DNA of 64,000 nt, from NCBI GenBank assembly GCA_963850905.1, contig CAWKMU010000003.1, forward strand, positions 1,120,001-1,184,000. The letters run 5' to 3'. The notes under the pieces are model-generated. The model searched no databases. It was not told where the DNA came from and saw only the letters and a list, made by a program, of their open reading frames with translations. Source of the DNA: an uncultured Gemmatimonadales bacterium. Lineage in GTDB: Bacteria > Gemmatimonadota > Gemmatimonadetes > Gemmatimonadales > Gemmatimonadaceae. The translations under genes and the position numbers were made by a program. Positions 10,241-21,773 of this stretch are shown piece after piece; position 1 is the stretch's first letter; each line of letters starts with the position of its first letter.

Positions 10241-10464
10241 GGTCGAACCTCCATGTGTGAGAGCGGTCGAACGATGTGTGTCCTATCTCCACTTCGGGCG
10301 CCAAGCGGCGCCCGTCCTACCTGCCAGGAGCCTGGGAATCGGTGGAGGCGAAGCGGCAGTTCGGGTTCCCGGCGAACGTGTCGTGGTTCTCCGTCGTCGT
10401 ACCTGCACTGGCTAAATCGACCTTGCAACCATAACCCCGTCGGGCCGAGCCGGCCATGGCCGGA

Positions 10465-11361
10465 TTACGGACTCAAGTCCGGGGAGTAGTACAGCGCGAA
10501 CTCGATGAACTTCGACACCTCGACCATGTCGTGCCCCACGAACTCGATGGAGTGCGCGTTGGTCCGCTGCACGATCGGCAGGTAGCTCAGCGCTTCGGCT
10601 GGCCGGTAGTTCTTGAACGTCAGCCCGAGGTGGATCGGTGCCTTTGCTACGTACGGGTGGAACTCGGCTCGACGCGCGACACCGGCTTTGACCTTCTCGC
10701 GAATCAGCGCTTGCGCGGCCTGCGGCGTCATCGTCGCCGCAGCGTGAAAGCTGATCGCGCGCTTGACCACGGCACCTTCGATCGGGCCGATGATGCGCTG
10801 CGCTTCGGCGACCGCGACGTTGTCACCGGAGATGGCGACGACGGGGACACCGAATTCGCCGGCGATGGCCGCGTTGACCCCGGCCTCATCCATGAAGATG
10901 CCGTTGAGCTGGACAGCCGCGAGAGTCGCACTGGAAAACGTGTGGGCGCGAACGCCGGCCGGACTCGTCGTCGATGCGTGATATCCGATGAAGACCGCGG
11001 CCGCGAAGGAGGAATCGATGCCCTCCATCATCCCCAGAGGACGGGGCGACGACCGGACGATGGTCACGTCGGGCGAGAACTGCTCGATCAGCAGGTTCTC
11101 CTGATTGCCGTGCGAATCGCTGATGACGAACTCGGTCGCCCCTGCGTCGCGCGCCCCCTGAATCGCGGCCAGTGTCTCCGAGGTCATGAACTGCCGAAAC
11201 CGCTCGTACTCGAATCCACTCGGCAGGAGTTGGTCGGCAGTGACCACGCCTGCGACACCTTCCATGTCCACAGAGATGTAAACCTTGACTGGGCGCTGGG
11301 CAGTGGCAGCGGCCAGAGGGACAAGCGCGAGGACGGTCGCAAAACGCAACGAGCGATGCAT
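10465..11361 (-). CDS. dppA: D-aminopeptidase, M55 family, with signal peptide
   Basis: KVYISVDMEG, DSHG, GYHA, HT, SGD motifs; start moved to MHRSLRF. Confidence 0.9.
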   Translation of the reverse strand: MHRSLRFATVLALVPLAAATAQRPVKVYISVDMEGVAGVVTADQLLPSGFEYERFRQFMTSETLAAIQGARDAGATEFVISDSHGNQENLLIEQFSPDVTIVRSSPRPLGMMEGIDSSFAAAVFIGYHASTTSPAGVRAHTFSSATLAAVQLNGIFMDEAGVNAAIAGEFGVPVVAISGDNVAVAEAQRIIGPIEGAVVKRAISFHAAATMTPQAAQALIREKVKAGVARRAEFHPYVAKAPIHLGLTFKNYRPAEALSYLPIVQRTNAHSIEFVGHDMVEVSKFIEFALYYSPDLSP

Positions 11362-11435
11362 GATCGATGGGGGGAGGAGGTGGACCGCGAAGATATCGAT
11401 GCTCGAGCGGAGCGACCAGGGCGGCCGTTGGCCGG

Positions 11436-12284
11436 TCAGTGCGCGCCGCGTACGGCCGCTACCGGCAGATCCCGCTCTGCCGCCCAGCGCTCCCACTCCT
11501 CGGCGGTCCTGCTCCGGAAGATCGCGCCAAGTGTTTCGGCGGTGCCACGCTCCGCGCTCACCCCCAGCGCATCGAGGAGTCCACTCATGAAGTGCGGCTC
11601 GAGTGCGGCCACCGCGATCCACCCGTCGGCCGTCTGATAGAGGCTGTAGCCCGGAAATCCGCCCCCCAATACCTGGCCAGGAGCCGTCACTCCGAACCGG
11701 AATGGGTCGGCGAAGGCATCGACCGCGTCCGACAGCGCCACATCGTGGCGCGAGATCCCTTGCCCACGCTCCCGGCCAAGGAGCGCCGCCAACGCCGCCT
11801 GGGCGGCGCGCTCCGCGCCGGCCAGGTCCGCGATCAGGCTCCGCGGCATCGCGGGCGGATCCAGCAGGCCCGATTGCGCCTGATACGTGAGGTCGTGACC
11901 GGGCTCATTGTCGCGTGGGACCGGGTATCCCACGATCGCCACGTGGCACAACTGCGGGTAGCGCGGGCGCAGGGCCGCCCACCCCAGTCCGAGTCGCTCC
12001 AATGCAGCCGGCCGAAGGGCTGTCACCAGGAGATCCGCCGACCCGAGCAGGGCGCCCAATCGCTCGCGCCCCGCGGGGTCCTTCAGATCGAGCGTGGTTG
12101 TCGCCTGCCCGGTCCGCAGCGCCTCGTACCATGGCCGACACATGTGTGCCAATGGATCACCGCCCGGCGGCTCGACGATGATCACCGACGCGCCATAGGC
12201 GCGGAGCCGCTGCACGGCAACCAGCGCGGGGACGTAGACCGCGATGCACACGACGCGGATGCCTTGCAGCGGGGAACTCATCAT
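11436..12284 (-). CDS. Family III CoA-transferase (CaiB/BaiF)
   Basis: PLQGIRVV, EPPGGDP, LDLK, GHDLTY motifs. Confidence 0.88.
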   Translation of the reverse strand: MMSSPLQGIRVVCIAVYVPALVAVQRLRAYGASVIIVEPPGGDPLAHMCRPWYEALRTGQATTTLDLKDPAGRERLGALLGSADLLVTALRPAALERLGLGWAALRPRYPQLCHVAIVGYPVPRDNEPGHDLTYQAQSGLLDPPAMPRSLIADLAGAERAAQAALAALLGRERGQGISRHDVALSDAVDAFADPFRFGVTAPGQVLGGGFPGYSLYQTADGWIAVAALEPHFMSGLLDALGVSAERGTAETLGAIFRSRTAEEWERWAAERDLPVAAVRGAH

Positions 12285-12414
12285 GGGGCGGGAGGTTGAG
12301 GGAACGGCGCGGCAGGAGCAGGGCCTTGCGACGCGCCCGCGCGGACCAGCAATCTAGGCGACTCTGGTAGACTCCTACGGCGACCCGCCAGGGTTCGACG
12401 GTCGGTCGCTGCTC

Positions 12415-15400
12415 GTGCGCTCTCTTGTCGGAGGAAGTCCCGTGGGTGCTCTCTGTCGCCGCCGCAGCCGAGTCGCGGTGCACCATCTCGCCATCGCTCT
12501 CAGCGGAGTCGGGCTGCTCGTGTCCGTTCGCGCTCGGGAGGCCGCCGCCCAACAGTCGACGAGTTACGACACGCTCCTCTTCCGCGCTCTTACGTGGCGC
12601 GACATCGGCCCGTACCGGGGGGGCCGTTCCGTCGCAGTCATGGGATCGCCCGCCCGACCGCAGGAGTATTGGTTTGGCACGACCGGCGGCGGTGTGTTCA
12701 AGACGACCGACGATGGCATCCACTGGACAGCGCCGAGCGACAAGTCCTTCGGCGGCACGGTCGGCGGCATTGGCGTGAGCGAGTCCAATCCGGACATCGT
12801 GTACGTCGGCACCGGTGAAGGCGACATTCGGGGCAACGTTTCGCACGGCGACGGTGTGTACAAGACGACCGATGGCGGGAAGACCTGGACGCATGTCGGA
12901 CTCGTCGAGACCCGACAGATTTCGCGAGTCCGCGTGGACCCGCACAATCCCGACATTGTCTACGTCGGAGCCTTCGGACACGTCTGGGCACCGAATCCCG
13001 AGCGAGGTCTCTTCAAGACCACTGACGGCGGCAAGACGTGGGCGAAGATCCTCTTCCGCAACGACTCGACCGGTATCTCGGACGTGATCCTCGATCCGAG
13101 CGACTCGCGCACGATCTACGCCGCGTTCTGGCAGGCCGGGCGCAAACCGTGGATCCTGGTCAGCGGCGGAGCGGGGAGCGGCATCTTCAAGAGTGTCGAT
13201 GCCGGTGCGACCTGGACCGAGTTGACGCGGAATCCGGGGCTGCCACGTGGCATCATCGGCAACATCGGCCTCGCCGTTTCGGCGGCGAATCCGCGGCGGG
13301 TCTGGGCGCTCGTCGAGGCTGACTCGGGCGGTGTTTTCCGGTCCGACGACGGCGGTCAGACGTGGACTCGCACGAACAGCGAGCGCAAGCTGCGCCAGCG
13401 CGCGTGGTACTACACCAAGATCTACGCCGATCCCAAGGATGCCAACACCGTCTACGCGCTGAATACGAACTTCTATCGCAGCACCGACGGCGGACGGACC
13501 TTCAAGAACATCCCGGTGCCGCACGGCGACAACCACGACTTGTGGATCGCTCCGAACGATCCACAGCGCATGATCGAAGGCAACGACGGCAGCGCGAACA
13601 TCTCCTCCAACGGCGGCAAGTCGTGGTCGGAGCAGGACAACGCGTCGGCGCAGTTCTATCACGTGACGACGACGATGGACTTCCCCTATAAGGTGTGTGG
13701 TGCGCAGCAGGACAACACCACCTTGTGCGGGCCGAGTGCGGAGACCGGCGGCATCGACATCGGCGACTGGCACGAAGTGGGCGGCGGCGAGAGCGGGTAT
13801 ATCCAGGTGCGTCCCGACAACACCGACATCGTCTACGCGGGGAGCTACTCGTACTTGTCGCGCAAGGACATGCGCACGGGCCTCCAGAAGGAGATCACGC
13901 CGTGGCCCGAGAACCCGATGGGCCATTCGGCCGAAGATCTTCGATACCGGTTCCAGTGGACGTTCCCAATCCTCATCTCGCCGCACGATCCCCATACGCT
14001 GTATGCAGGCTCCAACGTGCTGTTCAAGTCCACCACGGATGGCCAGACCTGGCAGGCGATCTCGCCGGACCTCACCCGACATGATCCCGCGACGCTTGGT
14101 CCGTCAGGCGGCCCGATCACCAAGGATCAGACGTCGGTCGAGTACTACGCGACCATCTTCTCGATCAACGAATCGCCGCTTCGAACTGGACTGATCTGGA
14201 CCGGCAGTGATGATGGCGTGATCGAGGTGACGCGTGATGGCGGCGGCAGCTGGACGAAAGTCTCGCCCACGCAGTGGGGCGACTGGATGCGTATCTCGAG
14301 CATCGAGCCCTCCCACTATGATCCGGCCACGGTCTACATCGCGGGCAATCGCTACCAGCTCGATGACATGCGCCCGTACCTCCTGAAATCGACCGACTAC
14401 GGACATACGTGGACGCTGATCACCACTGGCATTCCCGCGACCGAGTTCACGCGTGTCGTGCGCGAGGATCCGGTGAGGCGCGGGCTCCTGTATGCCGGCA
14501 CCGAGCGTGGGGTGTATGTGAGCTTCGACGATGGCGCGCATTGGCAGTCGCTGCAGCGCAACCTGCCCCCGGTGCCGATTCACGATCTGGCGGTCAAGGA
14601 CAACGATCTCGTCGCCGCGACACACGGGCGGTCGTTCTGGATTCTGACAGATGTGTCTCCGCTCCGGCAGATGACCGCGGCCATGACGACCGCACGCATG
14701 CACCTCTTCAAGCCTGCCACGGCGTATCGCGTCAGCTGGAGCAATCCGGGACCGGGCGCCAACGGGCCGCATCCGCGAGGGACTAATCCCCCCAACGGGG
14801 CGATGATCTACTACACGCTGCCCGATTCCATGCAGGCTGTTACGATGGAATTCCTCGACTCGGCAGGCCACCTCGTCCGGCGCCTGAGCTCACGTCTCGA
14901 CAGCGCCGGCCTCGCCGATAGCGTGGAACACGCCGACAGCGTCAAGACGGTGCGGCGTGACAGCCTCACGAAGGCCGGCGTGTCGACGGACAGCATCGCG
15001 AAGCTTCTCGCCAAACCCGATACGTCGCATGCGGACGACGCCGCGTTTGGTGACGAAGAGTCGCACCACATGCCCCGGCCGCCGCGTGTGCCTGCCAAGA
15101 AGGGCCTCAACATGTTCGCGTGGAACATGCGCTATCCGGACGCGAGCGGCTTCGACAACCTCATTATGTGGGCGGCGAGTGTGAGCGGGCCGATCGCCCC
15201 GCCCGGCCGCTACACCGTGCGCCTCACGGTCGGCAACGACACGCAGTCCCAACCGCTCATCATCAAGGCGGACCCGCGGAGTACCTCGACTCCCGCAGGG
15301 CTCCAGGCCCAGTTCGCTCTTCTCATGCAGATCCATGATCGCTTCGGCGCGGCCAACGACGCGGTCAAGACCATCCGAAACGTCACCTACCAGATCCACG

Positions 15401-15795
15401 CCGACAGTGCGGCGGGAGCGGCCTTCGCGAGCGCCGCCGCACCGGTCGTCGATCGGATGAGTGCGATCGAGCGCGACTTGTATCAGGTAAAGAACCAAAG
15501 CGGACAAGACCCACTCAATTTTCCGATCATGCTGAACAACAAGATCGCGTCGCTCGCCGGCACCGTTGCGAGCGCGGACGGGCGACCGACGGCGCCGTCG
15601 TACGCCGTGTTCCGCCTGCTGTCGGCGCAGCTCGATACCCAACTCGTCGCCCTCAAGGCCGTGCTGGCCACCGATGTCCCGAAACTCAATGCGATGCTGC
15701 GCACTGCCGGACAGCCGGAGATTGTCCCCCGCGCAGTGGAGCCGCCGACACCCAAGCCGCCGAAGACGACCGCGGTGACGAGTGTAGTGCAATGA
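12415..15795 (+). CDS. Secreted Asp-box (BNR)/VPS10-like beta-propeller glycosyl hydrolase-like protein
   Basis: WRDIGPYRGGR start of mature domain; many S/T-x-DGG-x-TW repeats; signal peptide; exact start uncertain. Confidence 0.88.
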   Translation: MRSLVGGSPVGALCRRRSRVAVHHLAIALSGVGLLVSVRAREAAAQQSTSYDTLLFRALTWRDIGPYRGGRSVAVMGSPARPQEYWFGTTGGGVFKTTDDGIHWTAPSDKSFGGTVGGIGVSESNPDIVYVGTGEGDIRGNVSHGDGVYKTTDGGKTWTHVGLVETRQISRVRVDPHNPDIVYVGAFGHVWAPNPERGLFKTTDGGKTWAKILFRNDSTGISDVILDPSDSRTIYAAFWQAGRKPWILVSGGAGSGIFKSVDAGATWTELTRNPGLPRGIIGNIGLAVSAANPRRVWALVEADSGGVFRSDDGGQTWTRTNSERKLRQRAWYYTKIYADPKDANTVYALNTNFYRSTDGGRTFKNIPVPHGDNHDLWIAPNDPQRMIEGNDGSANISSNGGKSWSEQDNASAQFYHVTTTMDFPYKVCGAQQDNTTLCGPSAETGGIDIGDWHEVGGGESGYIQVRPDNTDIVYAGSYSYLSRKDMRTGLQKEITPWPENPMGHSAEDLRYRFQWTFPILISPHDPHTLYAGSNVLFKSTTDGQTWQAISPDLTRHDPATLGPSGGPITKDQTSVEYYATIFSINESPLRTGLIWTGSDDGVIEVTRDGGGSWTKVSPTQWGDWMRISSIEPSHYDPATVYIAGNRYQLDDMRPYLLKSTDYGHTWTLITTGIPATEFTRVVREDPVRRGLLYAGTERGVYVSFDDGAHWQSLQRNLPPVPIHDLAVKDNDLVAATHGRSFWILTDVSPLRQMTAAMTTARMHLFKPATAYRVSWSNPGPGANGPHPRGTNPPNGAMIYYTLPDSMQAVTMEFLDSAGHLVRRLSSRLDSAGLADSVEHADSVKTVRRDSLTKAGVSTDSIAKLLAKPDTSHADDAAFGDEESHHMPRPPRVPAKKGLNMFAWNMRYPDASGFDNLIMWAASVSGPIAPPGRYTVRLTVGNDTQSQPLIIKADPRSTSTPAGLQAQFALLMQIHDRFGAANDAVKTIRNVTYQIHADSAAGAAFASAAAPVVDRMSAIERDLYQVKNQSGQDPLNFPIMLNNKIASLAGTVASADGRPTAPSYAVFRLLSAQLDTQLVALKAVLATDVPKLNAMLRTAGQPEIVPRAVEPPTPKPPKTTAVTSVVQ

Positions 15796-18700
15796 GAGCG
15801 AAAACACGTCGCGGCATTCATGCCGCCCGCCGATCAGTGGCGATCGCGATCTTCTCGAGCGGCTGCGGCGCCATGCCAATCGTGGCATTCGCCCAATCAG
15901 GCACAGGGCCGATGCCCGATGCGGGATACGCGGCGCTACGGTGGCGGCTCGTGGGTCCGTCTCGCGGCGGTCGCGCACTCGCGATCGAGGGGATTCCCGG
16001 CGATCCGTCGACGTTCTACTTCGGTGCGGTGGCGGGCGGCGTCTGGCGCACACGCAACGCCGGCGTCACCTGGCAGCCGCTGACCGACGGACAGCCGTTC
16101 GCATCCGTCGGTGCGCTCGCGATCGCCCCCTCGGATCCGAACACGATCTATGTCGGGTCGGGCGAAGCCGACATGCGCTCCGACATCACGTACGGCCAGG
16201 GCATGTGGAAGTCGACCGATGCGGGCGCGCATTGGCAATCGATCGGCCTCGCCAACACGCGCCAGATCGGTCGCATTCTCGTCGATCCGCACAACGCGAA
16301 CGTCCTCCTCGTCGCGGCGCTCGGGCACGCCTATGCCGGCAACCCGGAGCGAGGCGTTTTCCGGTCGACCGACGGCGGACAGAGCTGGAGCAAGGTGTTG
16401 TATCGGGATGAACACACCGGCGCGATCGACCTCGCCTTCGACCCGACTGATCCTCGCGTGGTCTACGCCGCGCTGTGGCAAGCGCAGCGGACGCCGTGGA
16501 GCCAGTATCCGCCGGCCGAGGGTCCGGGGAGCGGCATCTACAAGTCCAGCGACGGTGGTGTCACGTGGACCGAGATCACGGGACACGGACTTCCCACGGG
16601 GCAGCTCGGCCGCATCGGACTGGCAGTGGCCCGCGGGTCGGGCGGCGCGATCGTCTACGCGCTCTTTCCCGAGGTGCGCGACAGCGCGGCGGGACTCTAT
16701 CGCTCCGATGATGGCGGAGCTTCGTGGCGGCGCGCGGGCGGCGATCCGCGCATCGGGCGTGGGTGGTACTTCGGCCAAGTGTTCGTCGATCCTACGGACG
16801 CGAATGTGTTGTACCTCAACGGGCAGTCCATCCTCAAGTCCGTCGATGGCGGTCGGACATACACTGCCATCAAGGGCGCGCCGGGCGGCGACGACTATCA
16901 CTACGTCTGGATCGACCCAACCAATCCGCGCCGCCTCGCGTTCGCCAGCGACCAGGGCGTGGGGGTGAGTCTCGACGGCGGCGAGACATGGAGTGGCTGG
17001 TACAATCAACCGACGGCGCAGTTCTACCACGTGATCACCGATGATCGCTGGCCGTACTGGATCTACGGCGCGCAGCAGGATGCCGGCGCGGTCGGGATCG
17101 CCAGTCGCAGTGACTACGGTGAGATCACGTTTCGTGACTGGCTCCCGCCGGGCAACGGCGAAAGCGGCTACCTCGCGCCCGACCCACGCGACTCGACGAT
17201 CATCTATGGAGGTGGGCCGTACGGAGAAGTCGTACGCATTCGATCGGACGACGGGTCAGGTGCAGGACATTCGTCCATGGCCGCTCGGCTCCTTTGGACA
17301 GGCGATGCCGGCACGGAAATACCGCTTCACCTGGACGTCGCCGCTCGTCTTCGACCCCGTCGACAAGCGCACGTTGTACTTCGGCTCGCAGATCCTGCTG
17401 CGCACGACCGATGGAGGATTGCACTGGGAGGAAGCGAGCCCCGATTTGACTGGGGCAGCGCCGATGGCCCAACGTCCCAGCGGGCCGCCGACGGTCGCCG
17501 ATGCGTCCGCGAAAGGATGGGGCGTGATTTACACCGTCGCGCCGTCGCCGATTCGCGAAGGGCTCATCTGGGTCGGGACAGACAATGGACGGATCCAGGT
17601 CACGACGGATCGCGGTCTCCACTGGCGAGACGTCACACCTCCTGGCATGGAGCCTTGGAGCAAGGTCAGCATCATCGATGCGTCGAAGCTCGATAGCGGC
17701 ACCGCCTACGCCGCGGTCGACCGCCATCGACTCGACGACATCGGACCATACATCTATCGCACGCACGACATGGGCCGGCAGTGGACGCGAGCCGACCAGG
17801 GGATCCCAGCGGGCGCGTACGTGCGCGCCGTGCGGGCCGATCCTGTGCGACGGGGTTTGCTCTATGCCGGAACCGAGCTCGGTGTGTTCGTGTCATTCGA
17901 TGACGGTGACCATTGGCAGTCGTTGCAGCTCAATCTGCCGCTTGCCCCGGTGCACGATCTCGTCGTGCACGGGGTCGACCTCATCGCCGCCACGCACGGT
18001 CGTTCCTTCTGGGTGCTGGACGACATTACACCGCTCCGTCAGGTGACGTCGGCAGTCCTGCAGGCGCCAGTTCGGCTCGCGCGACCATCGATGGCGGTCC
18101 GTCTGCGGCAGAGTGAAAACAGCGACACCCCGCTCCCCCCGGAAGTCCCACATGGCGACAACGCGCCGACGGGCGCTCTGATCGACTACTGGCTCGCGTC
18201 GCGACCGAGCGACGCGGTGCGGCTCGAGATTCTCGATGCGTCGGGTCACGTCGTGCGCCGCTTTGCGAGTGACCAGCCCACGGACACCGTGCGAGCCTAC
18301 GAGCCCAGCGCGCCGCCGTACTTCATGACGCGTTGGTTGCCACGGCTCGAGCCACTCACGGCGAACGCGGGTCACAACCGGTTTGTCTGGGACTTGCGCC
18401 TGCCGCGACCTTCCGCTCGGAGCTACGAATACAGCAGCGGGGTGGTTCCAGGCCGTGGCGCCGAAATCGAACCGGCCGGCCCCCTGGTCGTGCCCGGCCA
18501 GTATCAGGTGCGCCTCACGGTCGGGGGCGAGACGCAAACCCAACCCCTGGTCGTCACATTGGATCCGCGAGAGCGCGCCTCTGCGACGGCGCTCGAGGCC
18601 CAGTTCGTCCTCGCCTCGCAGGTCGCCACTGCGTTGAGCGAAGCGAGCGCCTTGGATCGTTCTGTGCGTGGCATCCACGATTCCCTGACGGCGCGACGCG

Positions 18701-18942
18701 CCGGTGCACCGCCGGCCATCGGCGACGCAATGACGAAGCTGCAAAGCACGCTCGACTCGCTGGATGTCGGCGAGACGACCAGTGGGCTTGTCGCGCTGGA
18801 AAAAACCGTCGGAGGGGCGGATCGCATGCCGACCGCGTCGATGCAGAATGTCTACACGACCCTTCGATCGCAGCTCACAGCGCAACAGAAACGCTGGCGC
18901 GACGCGGTCCACGAGGTGGCAAGTGCCGCTTCGCGGCCCTAG
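15792..18942 (+). CDS. Second Asp-box/VPS10-like hydrolase paralogue, one frameshift near 17238
   Basis: ORFs 15792..17696 and 17041..18942 join as YGEVVR|FDRTTGQ if one base is removed; colinear with the upstream paralogue. Confidence 0.85.
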
Positions 18943-18943
18943 T

Positions 18944-19020
18944 GAGTAGACGTTCAGAAAGTAGAGAGTAGATGAAGCGCTGTTCGTCTACTCTCTGCTT
19001 TCTGTGGTGCTACTCTCTAC
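18944..19020. repeat. Palindromic element with AGTAGAG-type heptamer arms; probable bidirectional terminator
   Basis: CAGAAAGTAGAGAGTAGA..TCTACTCTCTGCTTTCTG between convergent genes. Confidence 0.7.
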
Positions 19021-19037
19021 GGCTGCGACAGCGGCCG

Positions 19038-19886
19038 TCACGGTCTATCACACATCACCACGCGTTCACTGTCCGGCCGGACATGGTCGGCCGCGGTCTT
19101 TGGCTGCTTTTTGGGCTGGCCGACGTAGACGACGCAGCTCTTGCCAGGCAGGTCGGACGTCGTCGCTCGCGCGGCCCAGCCATGATCGTTTTCGTCCAGC
19201 AGCGTGACATGAACGGGTGTCACGGGGTGGTACCCCACGGTCGTGAAGTCCTTCGAGTACTTGCCGGTTTCGGAGTGGTAGGTCTGCTCCGCAGTGAGCA
19301 GCCCACCGAGCTCACGACGCAGCGCGTCCGCGATGTCGGCGGGGGTTGCCGGCGCAGCGGACCGGTCTCGCTGGCGACGCGCGCCATCGACCAACCGGGT
19401 CGCGTCAGCCATGAGTTGCATTGCACGTGCGAACACCGCTCCAGTGGTGACGGGGTGAATCGTGTGCCCGGGGTCTACCCATCGCACGAGGTAGCCGCGA
19501 TAGAAGTAGAACCGCACCTCCGGATCGTGTGGTGTCTTGCCGTCGTCCGTGCGCACGCGAGCGCGGATTTCGAACGGGGCGCCGTCCCAGAAGTAGTAGG
19601 ACACGGTCGCGTGTCCGCCGGTCCCGGCATAGCTCGCCACGATCGTACGCAACGTGTCGCCTTCGAATGCGGCCGTGAGCCGGCCACGGCCCACCGGCCA
19701 CCGCTCGAGGCCGACGCTGTCCAAACTGGTTTCGTACTGCCTGTAATGGAGCGTGTTGTCGTTGATCAGCTTGTAGCGCGCGCGGAGGATGCGCATCGCC
19801 GAATCGGCCCGTTGGCCCCTTGCGGCCGACGGCTGAGCGGTCAGTGTGACCGAAGCGACGATGAGAAGCGCGACTCGGAGCGTCAT
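19038..19886 (-). CDS. Secreted hypothetical protein with C-terminal pilin-like domain
   Basis: Signal peptide; C-terminus LRRELGGLLTAEQTYHS..GWAARAT..CVVYVG..C resembles a type IV pilin head with two Cys. Confidence 0.55.
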   Translation of the reverse strand: MTLRVALLIVASVTLTAQPSAARGQRADSAMRILRARYKLINDNTLHYRQYETSLDSVGLERWPVGRGRLTAAFEGDTLRTIVASYAGTGGHATVSYYFWDGAPFEIRARVRTDDGKTPHDPEVRFYFYRGYLVRWVDPGHTIHPVTTGAVFARAMQLMADATRLVDGARRQRDRSAAPATPADIADALRRELGGLLTAEQTYHSETGKYSKDFTTVGYHPVTPVHVTLLDENDHGWAARATTSDLPGKSCVVYVGQPKKQPKTAADHVRPDSERVVMCDRP

Positions 19887-19936
19887 GCTTCATGGGGACG
19901 AATAGCAGGGCGGTGGGATAACGCGCCATTCAATCC

Positions 19937-21586
19937 CTACTGCTTCACCCCCGCCTCTTTCTCCGCCATTTGGATCGCGGCGTACGCATTCACGATCCCG
20001 CCGCTCACGGAGAGCGAACCGAATGGAACGCGCTCGCCGTCTGGTGAGCCGGGGCGCACGACCATGCGGTCGGGGTATCGCGTGGCCGACGCGAGGATGA
20101 TGCGCTTGACGTCGGCCGCCGTCAGCGTGGGGTAGTACGCAAAGAGGAGTGCAGCGAGACCGCTGACAACCGGCGACGCCATGCTGGTGCCGCTCTCGCG
20201 TTCGAAGCGGTTGCCCGGAACGGTCGACAGAATGTCGACGCCCGGTGCAAAGACGTCGACTCGGTCGTGACTGTAATTGCTGAACGATGCGGCCAGGCTG
20301 TCTCCGCCGTGCCACGACGACGCACCAACCTCGATCCAGTTCTGCGCGCGGCCTCCATCCTCATATCGCGGGCTCGGGAAGTTCGGTGCGTCATCTTCGT
20401 TCGCGCCTTCGTTGCCGGCAGCGTGCACCATCAACACCCCGTGGGTATCGGCATAACGGACTGCTGCGTCGACCGTCGGTTTCTCGGGCGAGAAGCCTTT
20501 GCCGAAGCTCATGTTGATGACGCGAGCACCGTGATCGACCGCGTACCGGATCGCGTTGGCGACATCTTTGTCCCGCTCATCGCCATCGGGGATCGCCCGC
20601 ACCATCATGATCTTGACCGGCGAGGCGATGCCATCGACGCCGTGCTGGTCGTCGCGGGCGGCGCCAATGATGCCCGAGACGTGCGTGCCATGCTCGGCAT
20701 CGGGCCCCATGATATCGGCACTTCCGTAGCCCGATTCAGACACGTCGCGGTAGTGGTCGCCCACGACGACACGCGCGTCGAACGACGGATTGAGCCCGTG
20801 CTCCAGGTCCGACCGGAGTTGGGTCTCAGCCTCCCCGATCGTGCTCGACGTCAGCCCGTGAGACGCGAGCGCCAGGTAGATGCGGCGCGCTTGCGCAGTT
20901 GCGCTATCGTACGGGTGAAGTGCCTCGACTTTCGCCGGGGTCAGGGAGTCGCCGCCGAGCGCGTGCGCGAGCAGCGCGGTGGCACGGTTCAGCGCCTCGC
21001 CGATCTCACCCGCACGTTCGAGCTCCTGCTGCGCGGTGGCGCGCCGTGCCGTGAACTCCGAATCGATCGCCGGGCAACGTGCGGCGATCGGCGAGGGCAG
21101 GGGATTCGATGAGTCGCTCCCCTGGTTCTTGCAGCGCACAGCCACCCGCGTCAGCTCGTACGTGTCCCAATGGACGGCGCCCGTGGGGCCGGCGATGAAA
21201 TCCCAGCCATGTACATTGCCCGGGTGGCCGTCGGCGCCTGGATGTGGGTTCGTCCACAAACTCGAGCGGAGATCGGCGTTGGCGGTATCGACGCCGCCAT
21301 CGATGACGGCGACAAGCACTGGCTGCGGCGTCTTGCCACGCAACAGTTCCCGCTCTGCACGGTCTAGACTGATCCCCGGCAGGTGGTCGGTGGTCATATC
21401 GAGGCGCTGCCATTCGGCGGGTGCTTCGCCCGGCGCAGTGGCCACCGACGCGGAGGCCGCAGGCGGCGTCGACGCCGCGGTCGGGGCGGGCGCGGGACTC
21501 GGAGGGGTAGCCGGATGTCCAGCCCCACCCGTGCTGCAACCCGCAGCCGCGAGCAAGGCGACGCTAATGGAAAGGCGAAAATGCAT
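19937..21586 (-). CDS. S8 (subtilase) serine peptidase, lipoprotein
   Basis: Lipobox AAGC; triad VIDGG, HGTHV, GTSMA; AAGN oxyanion motif. Confidence 0.95.
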   Translation of the reverse strand: MHFRLSISVALLAAAGCSTGGAGHPATPPSPAPAPTAASTPPAASASVATAPGEAPAEWQRLDMTTDHLPGISLDRAERELLRGKTPQPVLVAVIDGGVDTANADLRSSLWTNPHPGADGHPGNVHGWDFIAGPTGAVHWDTYELTRVAVRCKNQGSDSSNPLPSPIAARCPAIDSEFTARRATAQQELERAGEIGEALNRATALLAHALGGDSLTPAKVEALHPYDSATAQARRIYLALASHGLTSSTIGEAETQLRSDLEHGLNPSFDARVVVGDHYRDVSESGYGSADIMGPDAEHGTHVSGIIGAARDDQHGVDGIASPVKIMMVRAIPDGDERDKDVANAIRYAVDHGARVINMSFGKGFSPEKPTVDAAVRYADTHGVLMVHAAGNEGANEDDAPNFPSPRYEDGGRAQNWIEVGASSWHGGDSLAASFSNYSHDRVDVFAPGVDILSTVPGNRFERESGTSMASPVVSGLAALLFAYYPTLTAADVKRIILASATRYPDRMVVRPGSPDGERVPFGSLSVSGGIVNAYAAIQMAEKEAGVKQ

Positions 21587-21773
21587 AGGGCGAAGGTTAA
21601 TCGGCAGCAGATGGTGAACAACCGGGTACGGCGCTAAGATGCCCGAGACAGGAGTCGTGTGTCAGCGCAGTGTTAGCTCCTGCCTGATCAGGGCAACGCT
21701 CGAAGCGGCGCTCGGGATCTAAGCTCGAAATCGCGGTGTGGCCTCGGTTGTCCACCTTTAGCCCCGTCTCCCC

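Noticed and set aside
17230..17245. Programmed frameshift in the Asp-box gene
   Set aside because: No slippery sequence; similar indels are scattered across the window
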